Origin: Paramecium tetraurelia
Lineage: Eukaryota
Assembly: GCA_000165425.1 (NCBI GenBank)
Contig: CT868036.1
Location: forward strand, 1 to 64,000
Length of the DNA: 64,000 nt
Direction of reading: 5' to 3'
The position numbers and the translations under genes were made by a program. Positions within the stretch are counted from its first letter, which is position 1. The number at the start of each line of letters is the position of its first letter. Shown piece by piece: positions 26,301 to 39,100 of this stretch. The notes below the pieces were generated by a model. The model was not told the origin of the DNA. It searched no databases and saw only the letters and a program-made list of their open reading frames with translations.

Positions 26301-28430
26301 GGGATCGTTCTTTATGATTTGTTATAAATAATAGAAATCCACATAATCTACTTCTTGAATTTGGACATCAAATTGAATTTGATGGATTGTAATTAGATTT
26401 AAATTGGGGATACTCTTGATTTGCTTCTTTTCATAATTGATTTTTAATATCTACACAAATTCCAAGATTTCGTCGATATTAACATTAATGTCAATCTGTT
26501 TGATAGAGATGGCTTAAGAATTATTCTAATGATGCATTTAAATTTACAGACCATTTCCATAAGAGATGATCTTGGAATTTGAATATATGAATTGGTTATC
26601 TATTTTTGTGATTAATTGTTTTTCCTCCTTTGCCCCACTATAAATGCTAACCAAACACTTCTTTTTATAGTAATAATTGCCTTATTCCTTTTGCAATTCA
26701 TTCTTCTTCGACGTTATCTTCTCTAACACATCATTCTAACTCAAATTGTAACAAGAATGGAACATTTGACTTTCTTGAGTTTACGAGTTACTGGAATATT
26801 CGTCCTTAATACTCTAAAATATTTCCTGACTTTCATCCTCCTTCTACTGCTCATTAACTGAATTATCAGGGAATAATCTGCAATACTCATAATGAAAGAG
26901 TTAAATAGTTGGAATCTCAATTCTCGTTTACTTGACAGATGTAACCTACTATTGATTGATTTCTTTGGTCATCAACCAATTCAGCTAATCTAATTCTAAC
27001 TCATAGTAATTGGTCTTCTTTAGCTTATCCAGATTCCATTTGTCTACTATGTCATCCCTTGATAATCTCACTCTTATTTTCTACACTTTCAATTTAAAAA
27101 TTAATTAGCCTTCATCCAATTCTTCTAATCCCTACTTATCATCTTCATCATTAATCAATTCCTTAAAAACAGACATCGAGAAAATGGATTATTTTAATGT
27201 GCTCTGATTTAAATCACCAAAATTCGATTAATTTAGAACTGATTAATTCAACCCTTCTATCTGGGACTCCTCAAATTGTTCTTCCCCTTCTTCTTCTATT
27301 GAATTAACTGACTTCTCTAAAGCGTTATTCTAAATCCTCATTGAACTCCACCATGTCCTCCTCACTCAATGACTTGCTCTCTACATCATCCTGTTTAGGT
27401 TCTCCCATCTGATCACAATAATTTAAGTGTATCTATGATTCACACCACGTAAATTAAAATTGTGGTGTCTCCTATCTTATAGATTCGATGATTATTTTAT
27501 CTTGAGATTAGATGAGTTTGTTATGATCCAAAATACTCAGAACCATTCTTATTGCTATTTGGAATTACTTATAATTGAAGTTCATTTGCATCAATCTTAT
27601 ACATAGTGTACTATTGAATTTTAGCCTCTCCTTCAATTCCGTCTTTAAATGGATGACCACATGCTAATCATACTTGTTGATGTATTGCTACTATAAACTA
27701 AAAATGCAAGATTCCTTCTAAAAGTTGTTTACGTCAAACAATTAGTTCTTTTCGTTGATGTGCAGTGAACACCCCCCAATTATCATTGTACTGACCATTT
27801 AATCCTTTTCCTCCTGCAGTTTTCTCACTCTCATACTGATCTAATTTATTGCCAAAGAGAGCTTGTCCTTGTGGATTGGTTCAACTATATGCAAAACCAG
27901 TTTATTAACTGTGAATGTTATTTTTTATAAAAACTATCTAATTATGTTCCAGGCATTCTGATTCACATTATTCGAGGTCTCACTCTTGACCTTGTAGGCT
28001 TTAATGATTTCATCCTTGATCTTCTACAGTTTATCAGCTGTCATCTTTTGCTTCGTGTAGGTTTGCACAAACAACCGATATTATTCTATTGTCTTGAAAT
28101 TCAAGGTCAATTCCACCTCCTCTATTACACATGTTAGTTTGTGTAGATCCAATTTTAAAAGAGAAATCGATCCAGATTCCAACACAAAGGGAATGCTTGG
28201 TGCCATTTGTTAGTTTAGAGAACCAACCTTAAGAGTCAACTTTTTCAACCCCATGGAGGTGAATTATTCCTTCTTTATCTCCTCATTAAAGAAATTTCCC
28301 ATATATTTTTTAAAAATAGCATTCAACCAAGGAATTAGTAAATTAAACGGATTAGTATAGTCTCTAACTTTGTTATACTAAAATTTTATTGTTTCATTAT
28401 TACCACACTTTACTATATATTTTTTAGCAT
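23361..28430 (-). CDS. ATG2: ATG2-like (VPS13/ATG2 family) bridge-type lipid transfer protein
   Basis: Chorein-N-like N-terminus (WLNAIFKKYMGNFFNEEIKKEQF...LTLKVGSLNQQMAPSIPFVLESGSISLLKL). ATG_C-like C-terminus (FQNVTNIVLG...IRQGIVTGVCSGSIPLAKALG...KPIEVCTTMTEGIG). About 5 kb long, which fits ATG2 better than VPS13. Tiny introns near both ends. Confidence 0.7.
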
Positions 28431-29919
28431 CGCGATATTCTATAGAAAATTGTCTCTTTATAATATTTAATAATATAATTTGCATTCCCTTATAAAAGTG
28501 CTTTAAATAAATCAGAAGCAAATTCCTTCATTAAAATCTAAAATATTAGAAGAAACTGATTCCATAAATGAAGTTTCAGCATACTAGACTGAATGTATTG
28601 AATTTATTCACCTGCATTTGAGTTTCTAATGAATAATATTTATGATTTATAATACAGATATAAAGTATCAATAATTAGATAATAATGCTGTTTGGTGTAG
28701 GTCTAAAAGTTCTGATTTAGAGATATTTGGATTAATAAAATAATTGCAATCTATTTAATATTAGAAATTAAAAAAACTAAGAAAAGAAATTTTCAAAGAA
28801 GTACTGAAATGAGCATATCAAAAATAAAAATAATTGAATCATCTTTACTCTCAAAAGATAAAGAGTAAAAATTACAGAAATTTAACTGAGTTTCAGGAAC
28901 CAATACTGGATTTTTTTGAGCTTAATAAGAGATGAAGAAAAGTTTATAATTATTTTTGTGAATCGACTTGACTATAAATTAATCAAACTCATATCAACAG
29001 TGAATTAGTTATTTCTAGAGATACGATATCAAATTTTTAATCAATTAATATAAGGGGGAGGTTATCAGTACAACCTAGATAATTTTATAGCAATAAAGTA
29101 TCTTAAAACTCAAACTAGACAAGATAATAGCCAACCTATAATTCTATTATCTTTGTATTTAAATTATAAATATATTTAAAGAGAATCGACATTTAATTTA
29201 AATTCGCAAAAATTAATATAATCAGCAAAATTGCAAATAAATATCCTATAAGAAACTGTAACAAACAATGTTTTTTCTCATGTTGATATTTAATCAAAGA
29301 ATCTCGCTCCTGACTTTTTAGAAAATCAGTAATCCAAAATTGATGACTTAATATAGTCCAACATTCCTAAATGAATTTTTGACAATTGGACATGATTTCA
29401 ATAAACAAAAAACTTCAAATTTTACAGCTAGAACTAAACTAAAAACTTTTGAAAATTCTGAAGTTCACATGTAGTTATATATTATTATATTATTACACAA
29501 TAATTTCGTTTCAACGTTGCCTTAAGTTGATAAAAAGGAGAATTATTGCAATTTTAAAGACGGAAATTAATACTTTTTTTCCTGATCCTGTGTTCCAAGT
29601 AGCAATATTGTCTTACACTTTTTATCTATTTTTGTATTAATTTGTTCTAATATCTTTTCTAAGCTAGCAATGACTTCAAGTAAAGTTGTAATTTATTTCT
29701 CTTCTCTTTCTTATCTATAGGTGTTCATTTATGAAAAATATTGTAAAGTAATAATTAATTAAATCAAAACACATATAAAATTTCAATATATTTCTACTAT
29801 TAATTACCTAATAGAAAAAAAAAACAAAAAAACATAAAATTCTATTTTTTGAACTTTAATAGAATATCTAGACATCTTTTAATAATTCTTGCTTCTCACA
29901 TAACTAATACTTTTATTCA

Positions 29920-31605
29920 ATGGAGCAATTTGATTTAGAAAAATTTTATTAAGTAATTAAGGACTAGGATACTGTTTTTAAAAAATTTAACGAAAACGTT
30001 AATGATAAACTAAATACTATACTTTTAATTGGAGACACAGGTTCTGGAAAAAGTTTTGTGTTTAATTGGGTTTGTGGAGCAAAATTTAAATTTGAGGACA
30101 ATGTATTAAAATTGACTGAGAGTTAAGATAACAAATTTTCTGCTTAAAGCAATGCAATGTAATCAGTGACTTATATTCCAAATTTTAATAAGATTGATGA
30201 TCATCTAATAATTGATTTTCCAGGTTTTAAGGATACAAAAGGAAAATATTCTTAATTATCAATTAAATTAATGTTTGACGAAATTGTAACAAAAACAAAT
30301 GTTAAAATTGCCGTTGTTATACCATAATCTACAACCAAATTAGAGGAAAGAGGTACTCATATTTAAGAACTTATTAAATCTGCTTTCACCTCGAAAAACA
30401 CAAAATTTGATTCAATTGGATTAATAATAAATTCATTTTAAGATGATCCTGAAAATTAAACATATGATGAAAAAATAGTCATTAAAAAGTTTCAAGAATA
30501 ACTATCTTTAAAAGCAGAGTAAGATAAGGAAAATGCTCATATCTATCAAGCACTTTCAAAACAAATAATCATAATTGAAGATATTTATGAGCTGAATTTA
30601 TCAACAGCTCTTTCGGATGATACAAAAAACTCTGTGATTTCTAAACTTAAAGCAATATCTGCAGTTTCTTATAAACCAGATTATTAAGATGAGAATTAAG
30701 TAGTTGGCTCATATATTACTTAAGAATTAAGAAAGTCAATTACTTCTTATTAAAGGTTACTATAAAAAAAGAAGGAAGATGCAAAATTAAATGGATTGCA
30801 ACAGTGTTTAGACAATTTAAAAAGTGAAATAAAAAAAATGAAAGATATTTCAAAAGATGATTGTAACGGCCAATCAGAATGGATTAAAAACTTATTATCA
30901 AAATTAGAATAAAGCAAAGATAAGAAAGAATCTTCAGAAAAGTTTCTTTCTATATTTCAATACTTTTTCAAATATAAAGAATCTATATCTGGTTATTTAA
31001 ACTTTGAATTATCTAAAAAGTAACTAAAAAAGAGCATAAAGTAATATATTATTGAATTAGAAGAAGAATAAAAAAGACAAAAGGAAAAAAAAGAAGAGGA
31101 AGAGAAAAAATAAGCTGAGATTAATGCTAAACATGACAGAGAATAATAAAACCTCTAACTTAAAATTGAAGAATAAAATAATAAATTTGAGCATAATTTG
31201 GAATTAAAAAAGTTGAAATAATCAGAATAAGCGGAACAAATAAAAATATTAAATAAATCACTTGATGAAAAAACAAATGCCGATGAGAAAATCTAATAAT
31301 CTAAAAATTAAGAGCTTCAAAGTATTAAAGATGAGAAGGAGAAAGTAGAGAAAGCCTGGTCAGAGATGAATAAAGAACAGAAAGAAAAGGAAATGAAGAA
31401 AAAAGACATTAGATCTAAATTACATGAAGCAGAACTAGAGCAAAAAATGCTTATAAAAAAAAAGGAGGAGTATTTAGAAACGTGCAAGAAAAGTTGGTTC
31501 AACCCCTCAGATTATGGTACATAAGTAAAAGATTTCAAAGATAAAATTTAAGCATAGGAAGACATTATAGAAAAATCAAAAAGTGAATTAATTTATGATA
31601 ATTGA
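29920..31605 (+). CDS. TRAFAC-class P-loop GTPase (AIG1/GIMAP-like) with C-terminal coiled coil
   Basis: G1 LLIGDTGSGKS (30022-30054), G2 SVT, G3 IIDFPGFKDT (~30208-30237), E/K/Q-rich coiled-coil tail, TGA at 31603. Start and stop are in the same frame. Confidence 0.8.
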
Positions 31606-31930
31606 TTTTTTGACAATATTTCATATAATTTGAACATTGAACATCAATAAAACCTAAAGGATCTTATTTTTTTATTATTAATTAAGAATTAAAATGTATA
31701 AAATAACTTGGGAAAGTAACTAAATAATGAGTTCTTGGCCTTCTAATTATATAGAAAGAAGTTTGAAAGCAAACTTCAATATAACTATCTTAGACTTCCA
31801 ATAAAAATTTCAACTAATATCATCCAAGTTCAAATTAGCTCTTCACTAATCTCATATACTATTATAAGCAATAATATTCAAAAAGCAATTAATTATATGT
31901 AAATCAATTTGATATAGAAATTCATTTGCA

Positions 31931-34900
31931 TCATTGTTTAATTAATGGCAATTGAAGTTTTTGTGTTTCTAAGGATGTATTGATGATGGATTATTCTAGT
32001 CCTGCTAATTGGGTTTCCTCTTGAGACTGATTGAATGGATATTTTAGAATCTAAGGTAGAATAGATGAAGATTCATCATTTCTTAAAAATTGCTATACTT
32101 AATCCTAATTATAAAGATATTATTACTCTGAGTTCTTGATCAGTTAAATTGTAAGTCTTAATTTCTTTGATCAATTGTTATAAATCCAATTGTCCTTTAT
32201 CTCTTTTTAGAACGGTGTCAGATTTTCTGATTTTTGATATTTCCTTCTCCTAATGATATTACTAAAATGGAGTCAATTTTGGTGCTGAAATTTGTTTTTA
32301 TATTTTGTTTTTCTCTATATAAAGTGGAACATCCTCGTCTGATTGTTAAAACTCAATAGATTCGCCATTGTTCAAAGAAGCAATTTCCTTTTGTAATATA
32401 TCTAAGGCCTTTTGCATATTAGACAAGTGGGAGATGAGATTGGCTCTTTATTCTCTCAATTCATTACAAGATTTCACTAGATTAGTGTTCTCCTTTTAAA
32501 CTCTAATAATGAGACTGGTCTTATCCTCATCAGCTGCTTTGCTAGTTCTAGTGATTGTGTTGATCTTTTTACTTAAGAAATCCCTCTGTCTCAGCATTTC
32601 CTCACGTATGGCAACCTCTGTATTCTTTTCAATTTCAGCATAGAATGGAATCTTCATTAACATCTCCCTTTGTTAATCTTGCCATTAATGAAATGCTGTT
32701 TATGAACATTTTGCAGCATCTCTTTAAAGTTGGTGATTTCAGGGTCAGCTAATACTTTGAATATGTTATTCTCTATCTCTTGAACCTCTCCTCTCTTAGA
32801 GAACAAGGAATCCCTCTTAATTAGATACTAATTTTTCAACTCCTTTATTTTATTGGAAGTATCTTCTATAAGGTTTTCTAAATTCTTTTCTGCTTCTGCC
32901 TCGTCTGTCAACTCTTAGTACATAATTTTGACATTCTAATCTAAATCTTATAGATGTTCTTGAAGAGGGGCTTTTTACTCCTATAAAGATTACAAACGAT
33001 ATGAATTGACATTCTTAAAATTTTAGAGATGACCATTTTTGTTTCTATAATTTTTAATTTCCTTTTCTTTCTAAAAGATTTATCTCTCTCTGTCTTTTAA
33101 TTGATTCTTCTTTTCTTGATTTATCAATTTGAAATTATCTTTTTCTTTGTTAATTAAATCTTTTTAAGTTCTTGTTTCTCTGATCATATTTTCTAATTCC
33201 TATTTTCTCAATTGATATCTATCACACTCTTTTTTAAATTTAGTATTACTGGATCTAATCTTTTCACTTTTGTCCAACAATTCCTTCAACTTAATGAGTT
33301 TCTTCTCCTTCTACTCATTTATCAATTATTCAAACTCTTTTTCAGTTTCTTTGAACACTTCCAAATACTTCTTTTCATCCAATTCAAAAGACTCTTTCGA
33401 TGATTGAAATCTTGAAAATAAATCATTAAATTTAGTATCCTGATCATTCTTGATATTGGTTCTAATAGATTCTAAATGAGCTTTCTTTTACTCATATTCT
33501 CTTAGATTCTCCTCATTGGTGAATTACAATCTCTATTTGACTTCATCATTCTTCTAATACAATTGCAGGAGATCCTTTTCAGTTTTTTCTTAAATTTGAT
33601 GTGATTCTACCTAATACTTTTTCCTCAAATCAATTAAATCGATATCTAAGTTCTTATTCCTTGTATCCTTGGCTTCCATTATTTATGATAACTCTTCTTT
33701 GTACCTGGCAATCTAATACTAATATTGTTATTCTAATTCCTTTTCCTGCTTTTGGTACTTCTGAGTGATATCCTATTTTTAATCTTCTTGATCACTCTTT
33801 TGATTAGAAATCCTGAAATCCAACTCTTTGATGAGGTCCTTCTTCATCTCAATGCTATTCTTACTCACAAAGGCTAAGATACTAAAACTATATAGGTTGG
33901 ACACGACCAGCCCTTTAGAGTTAACTCTTTGTCCTTTTTACATCTCTTAGGGTGTCATGTCCTTGCCATCATACCATTCCTTGACCTTACAAATCTGTAC
34001 TGAACCATCCTCAGCTCCAGTGATGAGGAATTGCTGATCGGATGACATTCTAATTTAGGTTATTGGTCCCTGATGCAACTGGAATTCGAACATTTCCTAA
34101 TCATTTTTGAATTAAGTGAAAGGCCACAGATACAATCTCACCTTTCCACAATTGGTTCCAAATGCAATCATATCCAGAAATCTGAGGATTTGTACACTCA
34201 CATATTGACTTGGATAGATATCCATTTCATAGTATAGGTTCTATCCCTTCTCGTTAAAGATTCTGACCTTGTTATCCGAATAGCTTCCAACAAGGAAATC
34301 ATACTCGGTGTCGTAAGTCTAACAGAAGCCTTTATGCAGTTTGAATGAATGATCGACCAGCCTAGTCTGATTGAACACCATTACTAGTCCCTAACTACAA
34401 GTGGAGATGAGAGTGTTGTCACACCATTCCAAGGAGGCAATCACACCCATGTGGCCTGATATTGTTTGTAGCAATCGATAGGTGTAGGGATCATAGATGA
34501 GAATTTGATTCTGAGATCCAACAGCCAGTTGATTCCCTCCAGGAGTGTACTTAACAACACTGCATTGCTTTAAGGATTCATAATACACTTATTTGAGTTC
34601 GTCATGGAGAACAAAATAAAACTTGAGACCTTCTCGATACCCAATTGCACATTGGAATGCCATGGGATGCAAGGCCATGCATTAAGGGACTTCATGTAGA
34701 GTTGAGGAATAGAGACACTTGAATTTACCTTCTTCATAAGTGAATTCCCAGACTTTGAACACTCTCTCTTCAGACAAAACGCAGATGATGGGTTTGGATG
34801 GAGAGGATTCGATATTTAGAATTTTACTCTTGTGAACTCCTTAAGGGAAGAGTTATTCAAAGGGATCTCTGAAGGCGGAGTTGATAAAATCAACAAATCC

Positions 34901-36057
34901 GAGATTGAAGAGATAGATCTCACAATTGATTTCTTCATTTTCAGTTTGTCTGGTCTTGTGTTATGCAGTAATGGAAATATAGGAGTCATCTTTACCAACA
35001 TGAATATACACTATTTTTTAGAGATTAGTAATATTTAAAGTATATTGTTTTCTATATTCGATTATGCCTTTGTGTGCTTCATACATTGCTATAATAGATT
35101 TGTTTTCAAATCCAACAACAACTCCTTCCGAGTAAGCAGCAATAACAGTAGGGATCTCATTCAAGTCAGCGGGAATGTTGGCTGAGTTGATTATTTTGTT
35201 TTTGCGATAGAAGTACAAAATTCCTTTTTTATTCATGAGGAATATTTTTCTTAAATTATAAGAGATATTGATTACTTGTTGGATTGGACTACATGAGTGA
35301 TCACACCTTCGTAATCCAAGAAAACATCGTCTAATTGTTTTTCAGTTGGATTGAATTTCCACAATTTCAACACATTGGGTCCGAATGTACCAAACTATTC
35401 GAAATCCTTATAGGTTCCAAATAAGCCAGCGTAGTTTTCGCCCACATCGCTGTAGGTGATGAGTTATTCAGTGTTGGTTTTGAACACGCTGATGTAGGAG
35501 GTGTCATGAGAGTTGATATTGGAACAAAGAGTGATGGTGTATTTGGCAGTGTGAAGAAAGGCGACATCCTTGACTTAGGTTCCGAAGGGGAGATGCTGAT
35601 GGAGAAGAGTGAAGGATTTGTGATTGGTCTTATAGATTCTTACAGTTGCATAATTTTTGATGCTATTCTTAAGGCCCAGACCAACGGAGAGTATCATCTT
35701 GTCATTGACACAATGATTCATCACTACAGCCTAAGGATTAAGTGGGAGATGTTTACATCTTCTTCATCCTTGGGTCTCAGGATGAATTGCTGCTTCTTCT
35801 TATTAATATCGTAGAGCACCAGGTGATGACCATTCAGATAAACCAACGAGTCTTCTTGGTAAATGAACGATTGGATTCGTTGCTTCAAACTAAGAGGATG
35901 TTGATCATGCACAAATACCCTATGGAATAATGCAAATTGAGTGTGATGCCATTGTAGATCTTGTTGAGTTGATACATCTTGCGGGGAATCTATTGTTAGG
36001 GATTGAGCAATTTACAGTTTTTCTGCCATTCACCATAACATATTCATCTTCCATCAT
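31931..36057 (-). CDS. CFAP57: Cilia- and flagella-associated protein 57 (WDR65)-like: WD40 repeats plus long coiled coil
   Basis: LHYSIGLKQRIQSFIYQEDSLVYLNGHHLVLYD; CSVVKYTPGGNQLAVG...TISGHMGVIASLEW; QLHQGPITQIRMSSDQQFLITGAEDGSV; then a long coiled coil. This is the CFAP57 architecture. Tiny introns near the start. Confidence 0.8.
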
Positions 36058-36112
36058 TTTATTTATAATATTTATATAAATAGCAAATCCCCCCCCAGAA
36101 ATTTCGATATTT

Positions 36113-39100
36113 ATGATAGTTCAACAATCAATACTACACAATGAGGACGAGAAGGAGCAAATTAGAAGGGACTTTGATGTTTTCAGTATTGAAGAAGTAC
36201 GTTCAAGTGTGTATACTAGTTAAACAATGAATTGAGAGTTCAAAACAATCAGGAATTGTTGAGAAAAGTTCACGATTTGTTTTTCGATGTCAAGGCAGAG
36301 GACCAAGACTTCTACTATGAAGAATTGCAATCGCAAATGCAAGACGAATACGAAGAGATGTTCTCAAATTACAAGACCATTTCCAATTCCTATTTGAAAC
36401 TCATTCCTCAAAGCGACCTCCAATTGGCCCTGAATTACACAGACCAGTATCTATCCAACCTTAATTAGATACCCATTCTTAGGAATCAGAAAACAACTGT
36501 TACTTTGTTAAAAGAAAATATCCCTAATCGCAAATAAGATTGTTACCAACACGATATTTGAAATCATAACAATCTTCATCATCATATTCAATTCGGTTAT
36601 GCTCGCCATGGATGATCCCACAACTGAAGAACAAACAGACTTTGCCAATTTGATGGATCAAATATTTTTAATCTATTATACAATTGAAGCAATCTTAAAA
36701 ATCATCGCACAAGTAACTTAACTCATTAAACTAGGGCTTAATATGGCCAAAGAAAGCCTATCTGAGAGAAACCTGGAACATCCTGGATTTCTCAGTCATC
36801 ATCACTGCCTACTTGCCCTACTTTGTCTCATCTAACTCATTAAATCTCAATTCTTTACGATCCTTTCGAGTGTTAAGGCCACTCAGAACCATATCCTCAA
36901 TTAAATCTCTGAGGATGATTCTGCTGGCTTTGTTCGCGTCCCTGGCACAACTGAGAGATGCCGCGATAGTATTAATTTTCTTTTATACTATCTTTGCCAT
37001 TGCTGGAGTGCAACTGTTCTCAGGCTATCTGAAGCGTCGTTGTTTCAGTGACATAGGAATCACACTGATGACTTCCATTGAAATAGATGCCTTTTGTTCA
37101 GCTGACTCAGATTGTCCAACTGATTATCTTTGTGGAAAATAAACCAGCAATCCTCAGAACGACCTTATCAATTTCGACACCTTTGGTTGGGCATTTCTGT
37201 AAGTCTTTGTTATCACCACACTTGAAGGATGGGCTTAAATCTAAGAAGCAGTAATTCTCACATTCTCTCAATTTGTTATCTTCTACTTCTTACTAGTGGT
37301 AATAGTGGGAGCCTTCTTCCTTGTGAATCTAACCTTGGCTGTTATCAAGTTAAACTTCAAACCTGAAAAGATTGAAGAAGAACTCAAATTAATCCAAGAA
37401 GACATCGAATTCTACGACTACTGGGAATTGAGAAGACTTGGCCTCTATAAAGCGAAAAGGTATAAGGTTGACACAACCAACTATGGAGTCACTCCATCAA
37501 AATTTACCAATGCCTATTAAATTCGTAGAAGGTCCAAAAAAATGAACACTGTCAACTTCAATAACCTTGAACACAACCACAGAGTTGCAAGTCGCAAGAA
37601 TATTACGTTTAAAGCCATCCAATAAGCCAAATATTACAGCAAACCAATCAATTTGAAAGACAAAGTTAAACTCCAAGGAATTTATGGGATGGGCAATATT
37701 GATAAAGATCAATTGGCTACCAATTCCAAATTTGATCCACTATTAAAATAAACTGACAATTACTCTATCTCCTCCAAAACCAATGAAGAAAAAAATAAAT
37801 CATCTGAAAATCTACCTCCGAGTGAAACCAATTAAGAAAAATAGGAAAAACTATTAAGCAAATCCAAAAATTAAACCAATAGCATTCAAAGCAAAAATGG
37901 AGATTATAGCAAAAACGGAGATTATAGCAAAAACGGAGATTAGGATGAAAATCAAAAACTTGAGGTTCCCAATCAAAGAAAACGAAAGTCTACTTCTCAA
38001 TAATTTTAAAACTTTGTCAGATCTCCTTCCAAATACTCGAAGACTGTCAGAATTGTCAATAAACAAGAGAGTGTGGATCTACTCAGCAATACAGAATTCA
38101 GCAGCATTAATCTAAGTGAACTCTCTGAAGATTAATTAGATACTCGACTTCAAGAGATTGCCGTTGATTTAGATTAGATTAGACTGGAAGGGACTTCGCA
38201 GAATTTGAAGGAAAATGAATTCAAGGAAATGAAAACATTGAGAAAAACAGATGCTAAGAAAATGAAGGATTTCCTTTAAAGTGAACAATACGACAATTAA
38301 TTTGATGAGAAGAATCTCAAACTCAAATCAAAATTGCATAACATATAATTCTATCCTATCATTAAGTTGGAGCACGAATAATATACTAGCACTGAAGAAG
38401 TCCTTGAGACTAAATACATTAGAGAATTATAATTACAAAAATAAGATTAGGAACATAAATTCAAGACTATGAGTGTCAAAATATAATATTGTTTCAAAAA
38501 TTCTAAATAAATCCTATTTAGTTAATAATCTCAAAAATCTATTGCTAAGAAGTTACAAACTACTCAAAATTTGAAGCAATCGAAGTCAAAGAAATTCAAA
38601 ATATTTCATGGCCTTAGAAGAGTCAAACCCATATTAGATGATGTACATCCGATTGAAGAGTTTCTAATGATGTCCGATTTAGTCGATTCTGAAACTCGTA
38701 GAGAGGATGATTAAGAAATTATTGATGTACAAACTTCACAAAATCCTCTAATGGACACTTTTGATCATTCGAAAAGGAAAAAGAAGAACCAACTCAATCA
38801 AAAGCAAGAACTTACTTATTAAGAATTACAATCCCATTTTAATGATAGTAATGATTGCATTGTAGATCTAAATAAAAATAATACAGTAATTAAAGAAATA
38901 GAGCAAAGCAACAAGAACATCTTTTTATCATATCATGAAAGAGAGGCATAAAGAGCAGTGTTTTATCATGATTATTACGAAATAAGGAAGAAGGATACTT
39001 TATCAAATGGAATTATTTAAGCAATATCCTCAATTGAAGATGTCTTGCTGGTGTCAGATTACACATTTTTTGATTAGAAGTTTGCAACCTAAATGAATTC

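Noticed and set aside
37890..37943. CRISPR-like or telomeric repeat
   Set aside because: It is a spacer-less in-frame coding repeat. I saw no CRISPR arrays or C4A2/C3A3 telomeric tracts in the window.
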